A stretch of 64,000 nucleotides of DNA. Origin: a virus. The translations under genes were made by a program, and so were the position numbers. The stretch spans positions 22,980-86,979 of the IMG/VR virus record IMGVR_UViG_3300042327_000544. One strand, written 5' to 3'. The notes beneath the pieces were generated by a model. That model worked only from the letters and a program-made list of their open reading frames with translations. It was not told the DNA's origin and ran no database searches. Positions 1 to 10,624 of the stretch are shown here, one piece after another (position 1 is the stretch's first letter; every line of letters starts with the position of its first letter).

Positions 1-3000
1 TTGCAGTCTTATCTGACTGAGCTTGCAGCTTTTCTCTTTGAGCAATTAATTCTTTTTCACGCTTAGCTCTATTTTCTTCAATTGCATCAATAGCTTTTTG
101 ATTTTCTCTTTCGCCAACAAGCTGCTTAATCTTTAGCTGTGCTTGTGCTGCTCCCGCCATATCTCCTGCAGCCATCTTGTCTGCGTATTCTAGTTGAGCT
201 TTTTGAATTTCTAAAGATAGGTTTTCTTTGTTCTGGGCAGCCTCAAGTGCTTTCTTTCGGGCATCAGCCTCTTCATTAATCTTATCAATTTTTTTGTCAA
301 TAAGTTTAATTTCTTCTTTAATCTGATCTTGAGTTTTTTGTGCATTAGCCGCTGCTTTGGCTCCACCAGATGCAATTAATTTTTGCAAAGCAACAATAGA
401 CTTTTGTGATTTAGCTGCAATTCCGCTTCCTGAAGACTTTGCTTCCGAAGCAGCTAAGGCAGAATCTAATGCTGCCTCAAATGCTACTAGTGCTTGGGCT
501 TGCTCGGATGTTATATTCTTTAAATCAGTTCTAACTCCAGAAAGAAGTAGTCGCCATTTAGAATACATACCTGCAACGTTGTCTGATTGATTAAGTATTT
601 CAGCAAGTGCTGGATGTGTTTCTTTAAGAGAATTAATCTGCGCTTGAGTTAGTGTTAGTTTAGATCCTTCTTTTTCATTAATGCTAGCTAGGATTTCTGA
701 CATAGCTTCTTGCTGTGTCATCAATTCCCCATTTTCCTTTTTAGTTTTCATTAATGTTTGTAAATTATCATCAAGAGCATCTGTAGTATTTGAAATAACT
801 ACACCTAAATCTTTTCCGTATAGGACGTCTGTATCGTATCCTGCAGAAGCTGGGTCATACATATTTTTATTTAAAGTTTTAACCATAGCAATTGCTGCTG
901 ATGCAGAATCTGTGATTTCTCTAAAGCCCTTACTAGATATTGCATTAAATGCCATATCGGCTTTATCTGATGCAGATATAATTGCATAAATTTTATTTGT
1001 TGCTTCTTGAGCAGAAATGCCTGCTGCTATAAATTGTGCCTTTAAGTTAGTAGCAATTTCAGTAACTTTTGCCTGCTTGTTAGCATCTCCAGATACATCT
1101 ATGTCAGTAAAGGTTGAAACTAGCTCTTTCTGGTTTTCTTTTGCATTCTTTATTCCTGCTCTTAACTCTTTAATGCTTAGAGTTAGACCTTGAACTCCCG
1201 CTGAGTTGAGGGCTTCATAGGCATTTCTTCCCTTTGCCCTAGTTAGCTCAAGTTGATCATTAACCGCTTTAATAGAATTAGAAAGATTGTTGTATTTAAT
1301 TCCCGCTTCAGCTGCAGACTTTTCAGTAATTCCAACTGAGTTAGTTTTTTCAATTCTATCTTGCTCTCGTTCTTTTTGGAACTTCTTAAATATTGCATAT
1401 CCCGCAGTAAGCGCTGTAAGAAGTAATCCGATAGGTCCTAGTGCAAATCTCATTGCCATTCCAATTGCTTTACCAGCAATTCCTGCTGCGCCGCCAACGC
1501 CTTTAAATCCTCCAGCAAGCTTACCTAAAGATCCTAGCATATTCGGAGCAAGCATTGGAAGCACTGATGCAAATTGCATAATTTGTCCTGCTTGTCCGCC
1601 GATTGCTTGTCCTGCCATACCCATTCCCATACCAATGCCCATACCAGCCATTGGACCAGAGCTCATCATTCCAGCTCCTATGTTACCCTTTGCTCTTTCT
1701 TGCCTATAAGCAGATCCGAATGTTATTGGCTGAACTGGCTTTTTAGTTCCTTTGTTAAAGTACTGAACTCCTGGCACCATTCCGCCCTTGTTCATTCCGA
1801 ACATTTGTTTTCTTACTTTAGTAGTTGCAGGTGTCCATGACTTTGAATCCCAGTTTGCAAACTTGGTTCTCAATATCTCTCTGTCTATTTTACTTAAACT
1901 TTTTCCTCCTGTGCTAAGAACATCCCCAGCGGCGGATTTAAGAAGTGTATCTACAATATCTGGCTCTAGAGCTTTTTGAAGACTTCCCTGAGCATCCTTT
2001 ACGTATCCGTATGGTCTTTCTTTTTCAAGATTTTCAATCATCTTGCCATACATTAAGTTTTGTGCTTTAGGTGTTAGGCCAGAGCTTCCGAATAGCTTTC
2101 TTCCCATACCAATAGATAGAGAAGTAGCGCCCCACTTTTCTCCTATTTTTCCAAACTTAGCTCCTACGTTTTTAAAAGCTGTACTCTTTAATATATTACC
2201 TACTGGCCCACCTCTGTTTAATTTTGTTGCGCCAAACAAGGACGCTATTGTCTGTATAAATGGATTTGACGCTTCTTTTGAATGATAAAATTTATTTGGA
2301 TTGCCTCCAGCTGCGGAAGCTTCTAGGTTTGCAAATTTTATTGTTTTTCCATTTACATCAATTTTATTTAGCCATCCAGTGGAGGCTCTACGTGTAGGGT
2401 GTGCAAAACTTCCTGGAGAATTCGACCATTTGCTCCAAGCTTCTAAACCTAGTGCATTGCCGCCTAGTTCTTTTCTCAACAAAGATTCAGATACTGAATA
2501 AACTGGGTTATTAGAGTCATTAACCTTACCCATTGAAAGAATCTTTTTTGCATAAGAATTAAATACTAATTTTGAAAGTCTTCTTTTTTCTGCTTTTGAA
2601 ATTACTCCTGCGTTAGCTAGGCCATCTAAAAATACATCAGTAGATAATCTTGACCCTCCACCTCTTGCATTTATAGAGGCAAGCAACGTTCTTGGGTCTA
2701 CGCCTTCTCCTGTCATGTCCGCATTTATTTTTGATGTTGATGCAGAAATTTTTCTGCTAGAAACATTGCCTCCAAAAACACCAGCGTTGCCTTTTGGCTC
2801 ATAATAATCAGCAGTTGCACGATCTGTAAGCCTTCCTGGAAATAATTTATCTATTAGTTTTTTTGAAACCATTGGTCTTGATCCGCCGCCACGGGTCATT
2901 TTTAAAAATGCCTGGACCATTCCGCCCAAATTATATGCGCCGTTAGTAGACTGCTGACCATTGTTAATTGCTTGAAGCAATGGTAGATTTGCTGCTGTGG

Positions 3001-5800
3001 CTTCTTTGTTTACAACAAATTCACCTGGAGTAAGAATTGCTGGAACTGTGTCTGTATTTCCAGTTCCTGGAACAATATTTCCAGCATTTAATCTCTTAGG
3101 TATAGTTGTTTCTGTACTGTATCCAGCACCAAATGTTTTTACACCTAGACCTTGTGCAATTTTATTAAGAAGGCTTCTAGTTCTTCCTGGGCGAAGAAGC
3201 TCTTTCATATTAGTTTTGCCAGCGGCATTTACAACTGGCTGATTTAATAGAGGGACTGTTGTTAGCCCTATTGTTCTTCCTTGTTGGCCCGCAATATCTA
3301 CAGAAGCCTGTGCAATCATAGATTCTACCTGAGCATTTAATTGAATAATCTTAGCTCTTGCTTGATCTACTGTTAGCTTGCCAGCCTGCAACTGTGCAAC
3401 AATTGCTGCAGATTCTGCTGCTGCATTTGCAGTAAGCTTAGTCATTGTTGGAAGCAGTGCTTGATAAGAGTCGGACAAGGATGCTGTTATAAGCCCAGTA
3501 GAGGCAACTTCTTTTTTAAGTAAAGCAATTTCTGCTTGCGATTGCATTGCAAGTGCGCCTGTCATTGCATGCCATTTTGCAGCTTCTGCTGCAACAATAC
3601 CAGTTGAAGCTCCTCCGATTGATGTTAGTCCTGGAATCTTTGGAAGATCACCAGACATATACATCTGAGGATTATTTCCAATCTTTTGATTTACTTTTGG
3701 TGCCCCAGGTACTACTCCGAAAATTGTTTGTGTTGATTTTTGATCCATCGTCATTCCAGCAACTGGATTAAGATGAGACATTGATCTTGTATCTTCTGGG
3801 CTAATTAGTGGGTGATTTGGATCAACAACTCTTGCCCCGCTGCCCTTAACAACGTTACCCGCCAAGGTTGAAATTGTTGGTGCTGCAGATACTGCACCCG
3901 TCATAGCTTTAGATTGAAGTAATTCAAATTCTGTTACGAGGCCTGCAATTGCAGTTTTTAATACTGTGGCTGCTTGAGCATCACTATAAAATGTAGCCTC
4001 AACAAGTGATCCTGCTTTTTGTGCTGCCAAAATTTCTGGCGTAAGCATCTTCCATCCTTCTCCACCCTTAAACAAGGCCCTGAAGTGTGATGCTCCTTTA
4101 ATTATATATCCAAAGAAGTTGGCAAGTACACCAGTTAACATAATTACTGGTCCGATGATTGCAGTAAATCCTGTAACAAATGTCAACAAAGATTTAATTG
4201 GGTCTGGCAATTTATTTATAAACTTAATAATACCATCTACAATATTAATAAAGAATGTTTGAATCTTTAGGAACTCGTCGCCAATTCCTGCAAGATCTGC
4301 CTTTAAGCCTTCTACTGCTCTTTTGTATTTTCCAGAAGCGGATTCTGTTACCATTGATAATTCTCGACCTGCTACCTGTGACAACTCTTCAGAGCTTGCT
4401 TTCATTAAATCCATTACCTGAAGGGTCTGACTTCCCTGCTTGCCTAGGTTTGCAAACAAAGCATTAAGTCTAGAGAACTGAAACTTACCAAACAACTGTT
4501 CAATTGCCTGTTGCTTTTGTAGTGGATCTAGGTTATCTAGTGCTGCTTGAAGAGCGAAAAGTGTTCCTGTTAGATCTCCAGCATTTTTTGCTACAATCCC
4601 GCCAAGGTCAATTCCCATTTCAGAAAACTTTTCTTTTGCTACCTTTGTAGGATTAATTAAAGATGCTAGTGCTGATTTGAGAGCGTTAGCTCCTTCTGAA
4701 GCATTAATTCCGCCTTCCTTCATTGCAGTTAGATACAATGCTAAGTCCTGTACGCTTCCGCCTAAACCTTGAATAACTGGACCCGCTTTTGGAATTGCTT
4801 CTACTAGGTCATTAAGAGTTGTTGATGTTTGGTTTTCAACTGAGTTGAGAAAGTTAATAGATTCAGAAAGCTGATCTGTATTTTGCTTAAATGTAGTTTG
4901 AATTGCCAGGGTGGCCTTCATTGCTTCTTGTCTATCTACTTCTCCAAGTACGGCAAGTCTACTTGTTTCTTTAACAGAATTAAGAAGATCGTCGCCTTGC
5001 TTGCCCGTCGCTGCAATATCTGCGGCAAGAGTAATTGTATCTTTAAATGAAACTCCGTATGCTTTTGAAATCTCTTTAGCTGTTTGAGTAACTTCTCTTC
5101 TTACTTTTTCAAGATCTGCTGCGGATGTTGCTGCTACTCCGCCGTATACCTTTGTAAGTCTGACTAACTCTGCATCTGCCATTCTAAATGCATCTGCTGC
5201 AGCTTTACCAAATGCCGCAAGAGGTACTGTAAGTCCTACTGTTAACTGACGACCTGCCCACTGAGTATTTTTACCCCAGTTAATAAGCTGAACTCCACCG
5301 TCTTGAACAACCTTGTTCATAATCTGTAGTTCTTGTCTTGCTAAAGCAGTTTTGTTTTTTACAGCATCAAGACCCTGTGGAATATGTACGCTGTATTGCA
5401 TAAGCCCTTGAGCATTTTTACCCATTGGCTGAATGATTGCATTTTGTAATGCTACTTGCTGCTTAGCAAGATCTCTGATTAAGCCGCCTTGCGTCCTTGT
5501 GTGCTCACTAAATGTCTGAAAGTACTGCTTCAGTTTCATTTGGCCCCTGTCTAGGTTGGTGCCAAACTTTTCAACATCCGATGTTAAAGTAACAAAGTGT
5601 GTTGCAAACTGACCAGTTCTTCTTAGGTTTTCACCAAAGGATCTGTTCATCGTCGCTACTTGACTTGCAAGCCTTGCGTCCGATTGAATTATTTGTGCTT
5701 GAAGTTTTGAAAGAGAGGCTGCAACCTTATTGACATCTGCAATAAGACCTGAGAAATCTGCATTAGCAACTATATTAGTTACAATATTTTCATCAGCCAT
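1..5800 (-). CDS. Tape measure protein (continues beyond left edge; >1930 aa)
   Basis: Not in the ORF track because it is truncated. ATG at 5800 gives MADENIVTNIVANADFSGLIADVNKVAASLSKLQ. Long Ala/Gly/Lys-rich helical frame with hydrophobic stretches (e.g. RFALGPIGLLLTALTAGYAIF), directly downstream of the tail chaperones. Confidence 0.93.
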   Translation of the reverse strand, partial: MADENIVTNIVANADFSGLIADVNKVAASLSKLQAQIIQSDARLASQVATMNRSFGENLRRTGQFATHFVTLTSDVEKFGTNLDRGQMKLKQYFQTFSEHTRTQGGLIRDLAKQQVALQNAIIQPMGKNAQGLMQYSVHIPQGLDAVKNKTALARQELQIMNKVVQDGGVQLINWGKNTQWAGRQLTVGLTVPLAAFGKAAADAFRMADAELVRLTKVYGGVAATSAADLEKVRREVTQTAKEISKAYGVSFKDTITLAADIAATGKQGDDLLNSVKETSRLAVLGEVDRQEAMKATLAIQTTFKQNTDQLSESINFLNSVENQTSTTLNDLVEAIPKAGPVIQGLGGSVQDLALYLTAMKEGGINASEGANALKSALASLINPTKVAKEKFSEMGIDLGGIVAKNAGDLTGTLFALQAALDNLDPLQKQQAIEQLFGKFQFSRLNALFANLGKQGSQTLQVMDLMKASSEELSQVAGRELSMVTESASGKYKRAVEGLKADLAGIGDEFLKIQTFFINIVDGIIKFINKLPDPIKSLLTFVTGFTAIIGPVIMLTGVLANFFGYIIKGASHFRALFKGGEGWKMLTPEILAAQKAGSLVEATFYSDAQAATVLKTAIAGLVTEFELLQSKAMTGAVSAAPTISTLAGNVVKGSGARVVDPNHPLISPEDTRSMSHLNPVAGMTMDQKSTQTIFGVVPGAPKVNQKIGNNPQMYMSGDLPKIPGLTSIGGASTGIVAAEAAKWHAMTGALAMQSQAEIALLKKEVASTGLITASLSDSYQALLPTMTKLTANAAAESAAIVAQLQAGKLTVDQARAKIIQLNAQVESMIAQASVDIAGQQGRTIGLTTVPLLNQPVVNAAGKTNMKELLRPGRTRSLLNKIAQGLGVKTFGAGYSTETTIPKRLNAGNIVPGTGNTDTVPAILTPGEFVVNKEATAANLPLLQAINNGQQSTNGAYNLGGMVQAFLKMTRGGGSRPMVSKKLIDKLFPGRLTDRATADYYEPKGNAGVFGGNVSSRKISASTSKINADMTGEGVDPRTLLASINARGGGSRLSTDVFLDGLANAGVISKAEKRRLSKLVFNSYAKKILSMGKVNDSNNPVYSVSESLLRKELGGNALGLEAWSKWSNSPGSFAHPTRRASTGWLNKIDVNGKTIKFANLEASAAGGNPNKFYHSKEASNPFIQTIASLFGATKLNRGGPVGNILKSTAFKNVGAKFGKIGEKWGATSLSIGMGRKLFGSSGLTPKAQNLMYGKMIENLEKERPYGYVKDAQGSLQKALEPDIVDTLLKSAAGDVLSTGGKSLSKIDREILRTKFANWDSKSWTPATTKVRKQMFGMNKGGMVPGVQYFNKGTKKPVQPITFGSAYRQERAKGNIGAGMMSSGPMAGMGIGMGMGMAGQAIGGQAGQIMQFASVLPMLAPNMLGSLGKLAGGFKGVGGAAGIAGKAIGMAMRFALGPIGLLLTALTAGYAIFKKFQKEREQDRIEKTNSVGITEKSAAEAGIKYNNLSNSIKAVNDQLELTRAKGRNAYEALNSAGVQGLTLSIKELRAGIKNAKENQKELVSTFTDIDVSGDANKQAKVTEIATNLKAQFIAAGISAQEATNKIYAIISASDKADMAFNAISSKGFREITDSASAAIAMVKTLNKNMYDPASAGYDTDVLYGKDLGVVISNTTDALDDNLQTLMKTKKENGELMTQQEAMSEILASINEKEGSKLTLTQAQINSLKETHPALAEILNQSDNVAGMYSKWRLLLSGVRTDLKNITSEQAQALVAFEAALDSALAASEAKSSGSGIAAKSQKSIVALQKLIASGGAKAAANAQKTQDQIKEEIKLIDKKIDKINEEADARKKALEAAQNKENLSLEIQKAQLEYADKMAAGDMAGAAQAQLKIKQLVGERENQKAIDAIEENRAKREKELIAQREKLQAQSDKTA

Positions 5801-5811
5801 TTATCTTTACA

Positions 5812-6479
5812 TTACTCCTTTGTGTAGCCTAGACCTGCTCCAATTCCAAACCCTGCTTGTGCTGCTAAGCTTCCTTGTAGGGAAACTATATCATCACCTG
5901 AAGCTTCTATGCCTAGGGCTTTTCTTTTAACATCGTCAAAAGTTTTTGCCTGTGGTTCGGAGTCTTCCTCATCTACATCTAAATCTATTCCCTTAAGACT
6001 TGCCGTAAACTTTCTGTCTTCCGACTTTTGTTTCTTAAAAGATTTCAATGTTTGAATAAGTTCTGGCATTGAAAGACTTTCTTCTAGTTCTTCGTAATTC
6101 TTCCAGTGTCCCAGAAGAAATACTTCACCCTCTAAAGCGGCTAAATCTAGTTCTGACCAGCCAGAACCGCTGCCGCTAGAAGGTTTGGGTCGTCCATCTT
6201 AATCCCACCGCATACTTCAAGTATACGATTGATTGTGGGGACGTCAAGTGCATCTTCTAGTGCATCTCTATCTGCTACCAAGTCTGGTAGTTGTTTTTCA
6301 AGTGCTACTGCAACCGCATCAATTAACACATTAAGTGTTTGATCTTCTGTAGTTGAATCGCTTGCTGCCTGTAATACGAGCATAAATTTTCTTAGCTCTT
6401 TAATGCTTAATGGCTTCAACTTAACTGTTGAGCCATTCTGAAGCGTTAGTTCTTCTACGCTATATACTGTTGTTGCCAA
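5812..6479 (-). CDS. Tail assembly chaperone, long -1 frameshift form (G-T type)
   Basis: Slippery heptamer C CCA AAC at 6189-6183. The -1 frame reads PSSGSGSGWSELDLAALEGEVFLLGHWKNYEELEESLSMPEL, continuous with ORF 5812..6069. Confidence 0.85.
6147..6479 (-). CDS. Tail assembly chaperone, short form
   Basis: 110 aa between major tail and tape measure genes; AGGAGG RBS. Confidence 0.85.
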   Translation of the reverse strand: MATTVYSVEELTLQNGSTVKLKPLSIKELRKFMLVLQAASDSTTEDQTLNVLIDAVAVALEKQLPDLVADRDALEDALDVPTINRILEVCGGIKMDDPNLLAAAVLAGQN

Positions 6480-6540
6480 TTTAATCCTCCTAGGATCTAG
6501 TCTTAATTATTATAACATATACAGATTATCAGCACAAATG

Positions 6541-6566
6541 AAAAAGCCCCCAAAAAGGGGGCTTTT
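6541..6566 (-). terminator. Intrinsic terminator after major tail gene
   Basis: GCCCCC/GGGGGC stem flanked by A- and T-tracts. Confidence 0.8.
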
Positions 6567-6579
6567 CCTATTTAATTAT

Positions 6580-7302
6580 TTAAGCTAGAACTCGGTCAAT
6601 AATCTTACCGTATTCTGAGCCGCTATAGTTAGCGTCTGGAAGAAGACGGAATGTTACTGGGAAAGTTGTTGCTGCGTTACGTGCAAGTGAGAATTGTGAC
6701 TGTTGTACTGACAAAACACGACGTGCATAATATACACGCTCTGTTGTTGCGTCTGCTTCTCCTGTTGTTGTAGTTGCTACTGTTGGTGCTTGACCAATTG
6801 CAAATAGCTGACGCTCTGTTGGGGCAATACCAAGTGATCCTGCCTCAAGTCCCAATGTAAGGGTCTTGTCATCTGCTCCAGTTGCACCCTTTGTTGGGTA
6901 ATCATCTGTTGCAGCACCTGCTGCTCCTTGCTTGGTTAGTGTTGCTCCTCCTTGACCGAATACTACTAGAACGTTTTCTAGTGTACCTTCGGACATTTCA
7001 GTTGCAATCATAACCTCCATAGCAGACTTGAAAAGCTTTGCTGTATCTAGAAGCTGATCCACTGTTACTGAATCGTAAGTTGGATTGTAAGTGATCTGAA
7101 GACCATTGTTTGTAAATCCTACGTTACGAACATCTGTAGATGCGTCTAGAGCTGCTGCTGCTTTTGTTCTTGCTGTGAAAGAAATTCCACCAGTTGCTCT
7201 GTCTAAAAGGTTTTCCTTATATCCAGTTACTGTTGAATCGCTTGTTGAAATGTAGAGCGGTGAAGCTCCTACAAGAATATTTTTGGCTGAGTTAAATGCC
7301 AT
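6580..7302 (-). CDS. Major tail protein
   Basis: Position; motifs VGFTNNGLQITYNP..VTVDQL and TTFPVTFRLLPD typical of actinophage tail tube proteins. Confidence 0.88.
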   Translation of the reverse strand: MAFNSAKNILVGASPLYISTSDSTVTGYKENLLDRATGGISFTARTKAAAALDASTDVRNVGFTNNGLQITYNPTYDSVTVDQLLDTAKLFKSAMEVMIATEMSEGTLENVLVVFGQGGATLTKQGAAGAATDDYPTKGATGADDKTLTLGLEAGSLGIAPTERQLFAIGQAPTVATTTTGEADATTERVYYARRVLSVQQSQFSLARNAATTFPVTFRLLPDANYSGSEYGKIIDRVLA

Positions 7303-7417
7303 TATTTCGTACCTCCTGTTTTCAAAATATATATATATAATTGTAAATCATTAAATCTTGGCTGGCTAGGCCTTTCCTCTATGTACAATAATAGAGTATA
7401 ATTCGCCCAAAGGCAAA

Positions 7418-7927
7418 TTACAGGAATCGGCCAGCTGTGTCTATATGTCTTGCGTATTTGACCTCAAGGATCACATCTGCGGACAGGAAACCTGCCAACT
7501 CTTCTGATGGAGCCGTTGGGGAAATATCCGCCACAAATATACTAAAGAATTTAAACTTTTTAGATATGCCAGAGTAGGCATTTGCATCCCTAGCGGACTC
7601 ATCCATTCTTCTAAATAGGTCCGTCATTAAGTTTCTAATCTCATTAATCTCTGAAACATCTGTTGAGTAGATGGTAAATAGAATTTGCTCACAGCATATA
7701 GCCCAGTTTTCCTCATAGGATAAACCGATCTTGTCATAGACTATGTGTTTCTTTCCGCTCAAGAATTGATTTAATTCTGGAGATTGCTGTACAGGAATAA
7801 TTGGGATAATCTCTTCCCCTATATTATCTGAATAGTAGTCAGTTTGTTCAAAAATGTTATTTGACTTTAATTGGCTCCACAGGAACTTTCTTAAATCAAT
7901 CATTACGTCTGCTTTATAATCTGTCAT
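7418..7927 (-). CDS. Tail terminator-like protein
   Basis: Size and synteny immediately upstream of the major tail gene. Confidence 0.6.
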   Translation of the reverse strand: MTDYKADVMIDLRKFLWSQLKSNNIFEQTDYYSDNIGEEIIPIIPVQQSPELNQFLSGKKHIVYDKIGLSYEENWAICCEQILFTIYSTDVSEINEIRNLMTDLFRRMDESARDANAYSGISKKFKFFSIFVADISPTAPSEELAGFLSADVILEVKYARHIDTAGRFL

Positions 7928-8706
7928 GATACCCCTCCAAATGCTAATTCTACTGCTGAGTCTGCCTGCGTTCTTAATGCATTAGGGCTAAATGAATATT
8001 TAACTTTTCTTACGTCACCTGGAACCTTCATTGCTTTAGTTAATGATGAATTAAATATTTGTTGAAATCCAGATTTTTTAATTGACAAACTTACTAGATT
8101 ACCTGTAAAGAATTGTGCATAGGCGATTCGGAATCTTCCTGTTGCCTTGCCTCCTCCTGGCCTTGTAACGGTCACAGAGGCGCCTTTAGGCATGTAGACT
8201 ACGCCAGTACTAGTTTCAAATACTAGGCGCTCTGCGAACCTAGGGCGGATTACTAGAGGCATTCCAGCTTCCATCACAGAAGCTTTACTAATAAATACGT
8301 GTTTTCTACTTCCAAATTCATTAGGCACTGCTGACTTAGATGGCAAGAAACTAGAGGCAATTTTAAATGAAAGACCGTCTGTTGATAATACGTTTAATTT
8401 AAATAGCCTAGATCCTTTATTTCCGACTTTATTCCACTCGTACACGTGGTGTAATGACTTAGGATTTATTCTTGACTGAGAATCTACATATAGCCCAAAG
8501 TCTTGATCTATCTGTTTAAATATAACAGATTGAAATTTCTTTTCAAATGCTTTACTTGTTGTTAGTCTAGACACAACTTGAGCTTGATAATATATCGCAG
8601 CAGATATTTGGGCTACTGTGCTATCCTTCAAAATAGTTCCGCTAGTGCCAGACATACCTTTTTGTAGACCGCTGGCTGCCGTAACTAATAGTGTACTATT
8701 GTCCAA
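7924..8706 (-). CDS. Neck/tail completion protein
   Basis: Basic 260-aa protein in the canonical Ne1 position; overlapping start/stop codons. Confidence 0.5.
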   Translation of the reverse strand: MDNSTLLVTAASGLQKGMSGTSGTILKDSTVAQISAAIYYQAQVVSRLTTSKAFEKKFQSVIFKQIDQDFGLYVDSQSRINPKSLHHVYEWNKVGNKGSRLFKLNVLSTDGLSFKIASSFLPSKSAVPNEFGSRKHVFISKASVMEAGMPLVIRPRFAERLVFETSTGVVYMPKGASVTVTRPGGGKATGRFRIAYAQFFTGNLVSLSIKKSGFQQIFNSSLTKAMKVPGDVRKVKYSFSPNALRTQADSAVELAFGGVS

Positions 8707-9124
8707 TTGTCTGGTTTTCCGATCTCTTGACAGTAGAGTTATATCCCACTGTGCCGCCGAACGGGTCTGTCATTGGAGTTGTTCCTATTACCTCAAAAAC
8801 TGTAGGAGTGTTGGTTGGAAAATTTAATTCTTCCCATATAGTGTTGCCATCATGGTCTCTAATGTTTGTAATTTTTTCTCTTAATGTTACTTGCTCTGAT
8901 GTTCTAATCTGTAACACTTCTTCATTAGTATACTTATTGGAAAACTTTTGTCCGTCTTTAGTAATGCTTGAAGCAGAGTTGCTTATGTTGCCCTTTGCGC
9001 TACAGGATACAGTTCTGTCATATTGCCATTCTTTTTTTATTGAGCCTGTATCTGGATCCTGCGAATCAACTGGCTTATAGACATCCATAAACATTGGGAG
9101 TATCGAGTCAACAAGAGCATACAT
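8696..9124 (-). CDS. Head-to-tail stopper
   Basis: Synteny; QDPDTGSIKKEW N-terminal motif. Confidence 0.6.
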   Translation of the reverse strand: MYALVDSILPMFMDVYKPVDSQDPDTGSIKKEWQYDRTVSCSAKGNISNSASSITKDGQKFSNKYTNEEVLQIRTSEQVTLREKITNIRDHDGNTIWEELNFPTNTPTVFEVIGTTPMTDPFGGTVGYNSTVKRSENQTIGQ

Positions 9125-10104
9125 TATATAACAACCATTTGATTGAGAACATATGGGAGAAGTAATTGATCTGCATAGAGATTACCCGTTCCTGAATATA
9201 CCCCCGAATTGTACTCAAATTTCCAGTCAAATGTCTGTATTGACTTCATATACTTATTACGCCAGACCTTGTCTTTTGAAAAATAATCTTTCATTAATTC
9301 AATACATGCAAGATCAACCTCATCTGGAACTTCTTTCCATCCAAATTTACCTTGCACACGATATGTTCCACCTGTATTAAAGGATCCACCCCACGTATCA
9401 CTTATAGTTGGAGGGACCATTCCGTTTGCTATATATACCGTATTGTCTAGCATGTTGGCCCTGTTAACTCTTATGCCAAATCCGCTTTCAGAAATTACTG
9501 TATTAAAATTCCAATTATTAACTGAATTTAATGTGTCTAGTAGCAGGATGTCGTTTTGATATAGTTTGTATAAGGTTGATATTTTGTATGGAAGTGGAAG
9601 CACATCGGATCCTGAGCCATACGCAGTTTGAATATCATCATATAAAAAGAATTGCTGCCTTGTGTAAGCCTCAATAAGTTTTCTTGCATATCTTTCAGCG
9701 TTTGCCAATTCGGCATATGACTTAGTGTTAGGATCTGAATAATCAGACCCCAATCCTAAAGATTCGATTGCCTGGCTCATATCGGTATACGGGGTCTGCA
9801 CAAATATTTTATTATCTTTTTGTGTAGAGGTTCCGCCAACTGAATATGTCCAGCTTAATTTTAATTGTCTTTGTCTGTCTGTGTAGGCTAAAGGAATATA
9901 TACAATATACGTTCCTGCATCTACTTCTGACTTGACAGGGGTTAATGTTGAAAGTATCGTGGCAGGATTAATTGCTGGAGATACTCCTGGATCTTCTGTA
10001 ATGTCATATAGTCTTACAACTGGAAGGCTATCTGAATCAGTTAGCTGTCCCTGCCAAAACACCTTATGTGTTATTGGTGAATTTGAACCTACTAGAATTT
10101 CCAT
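9124..10104 (-). CDS. Head-to-tail adaptor
   Basis: ARKLIEAYT, FGWKEVPDEVDLACIEL and TGNLYADQLL motifs typical of adaptors. Confidence 0.75.
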   Translation of the reverse strand: MEILVGSNSPITHKVFWQGQLTDSDSLPVVRLYDITEDPGVSPAINPATILSTLTPVKSEVDAGTYIVYIPLAYTDRQRQLKLSWTYSVGGTSTQKDNKIFVQTPYTDMSQAIESLGLGSDYSDPNTKSYAELANAERYARKLIEAYTRQQFFLYDDIQTAYGSGSDVLPLPYKISTLYKLYQNDILLLDTLNSVNNWNFNTVISESGFGIRVNRANMLDNTVYIANGMVPPTISDTWGGSFNTGGTYRVQGKFGWKEVPDEVDLACIELMKDYFSKDKVWRNKYMKSIQTFDWKFEYNSGVYSGTGNLYADQLLLPYVLNQMVVI

Positions 10105-10114
10105 TTAATAAAGG

Positions 10115-10522
10115 TTAAGCGTAGTACTCCTGAACTTCCTTTGGAGTTGCTAAGCGGAAACCCTCCTCCTTGTCAAAAATTTCTTGAGCATCTTCTTCTG
10201 TCATTGCAACAAATGGGTGCTCTTTTGTGAATGTAAATCCTTGTATATCATACCTAAAATTTTCTCTAGTCATTCTAACTAGAACCGTATCTTCTGGCTG
10301 AGCATCTGGATTAAATCTAGGCAGAATCTCTTCTGCGTTTTCGCTGAATTCGTCTGTGGCGTCTTCAATATCTTTAATTGTTTTTTGATAAACAGACCAT
10401 GTGACTCCCTCTTCTGCAAGGGCGGCAACAATATCTGCCTTACTCTTAATTCCATCAGTATCAACTGCAAAGTCCTCTGCAACTTTTCTGAGTTCTGCTA
10501 CTTTCAATGTCTCAAATGACAT
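10115..10522 (-). CDS. Acidic protein with N-terminal HeH/Rho_N-like domain
   Basis: LKVAELRKVAEDFAV...KADIVAAL pattern; follows the capsid gene. Confidence 0.55.
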   Translation of the reverse strand: MSFETLKVAELRKVAEDFAVDTDGIKSKADIVAALAEEGVTWSVYQKTIKDIEDATDEFSENAEEILPRFNPDAQPEDTVLVRMTRENFRYDIQGFTFTKEHPFVAMTEEDAQEIFDKEEGFRLATPKEVQEYYA

Positions 10523-10571
10523 ATATTCTCCTTTGTTAGGTCCTTTAATTATAGCATTGATAAATTAAAAT

Positions 10572-10603
10572 GAAAAGCCCCTAAAATTAATTAGGGGCCT
10601 TTC
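10572..10603 (-). terminator. Intrinsic terminator after major capsid gene
   Basis: GCCCCTAA/TTAGGGGC stem followed by TTTT on the minus strand. Confidence 0.75.
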
Positions 10604-10624
10604 GGGGGTTTTATCTTAAATTAA

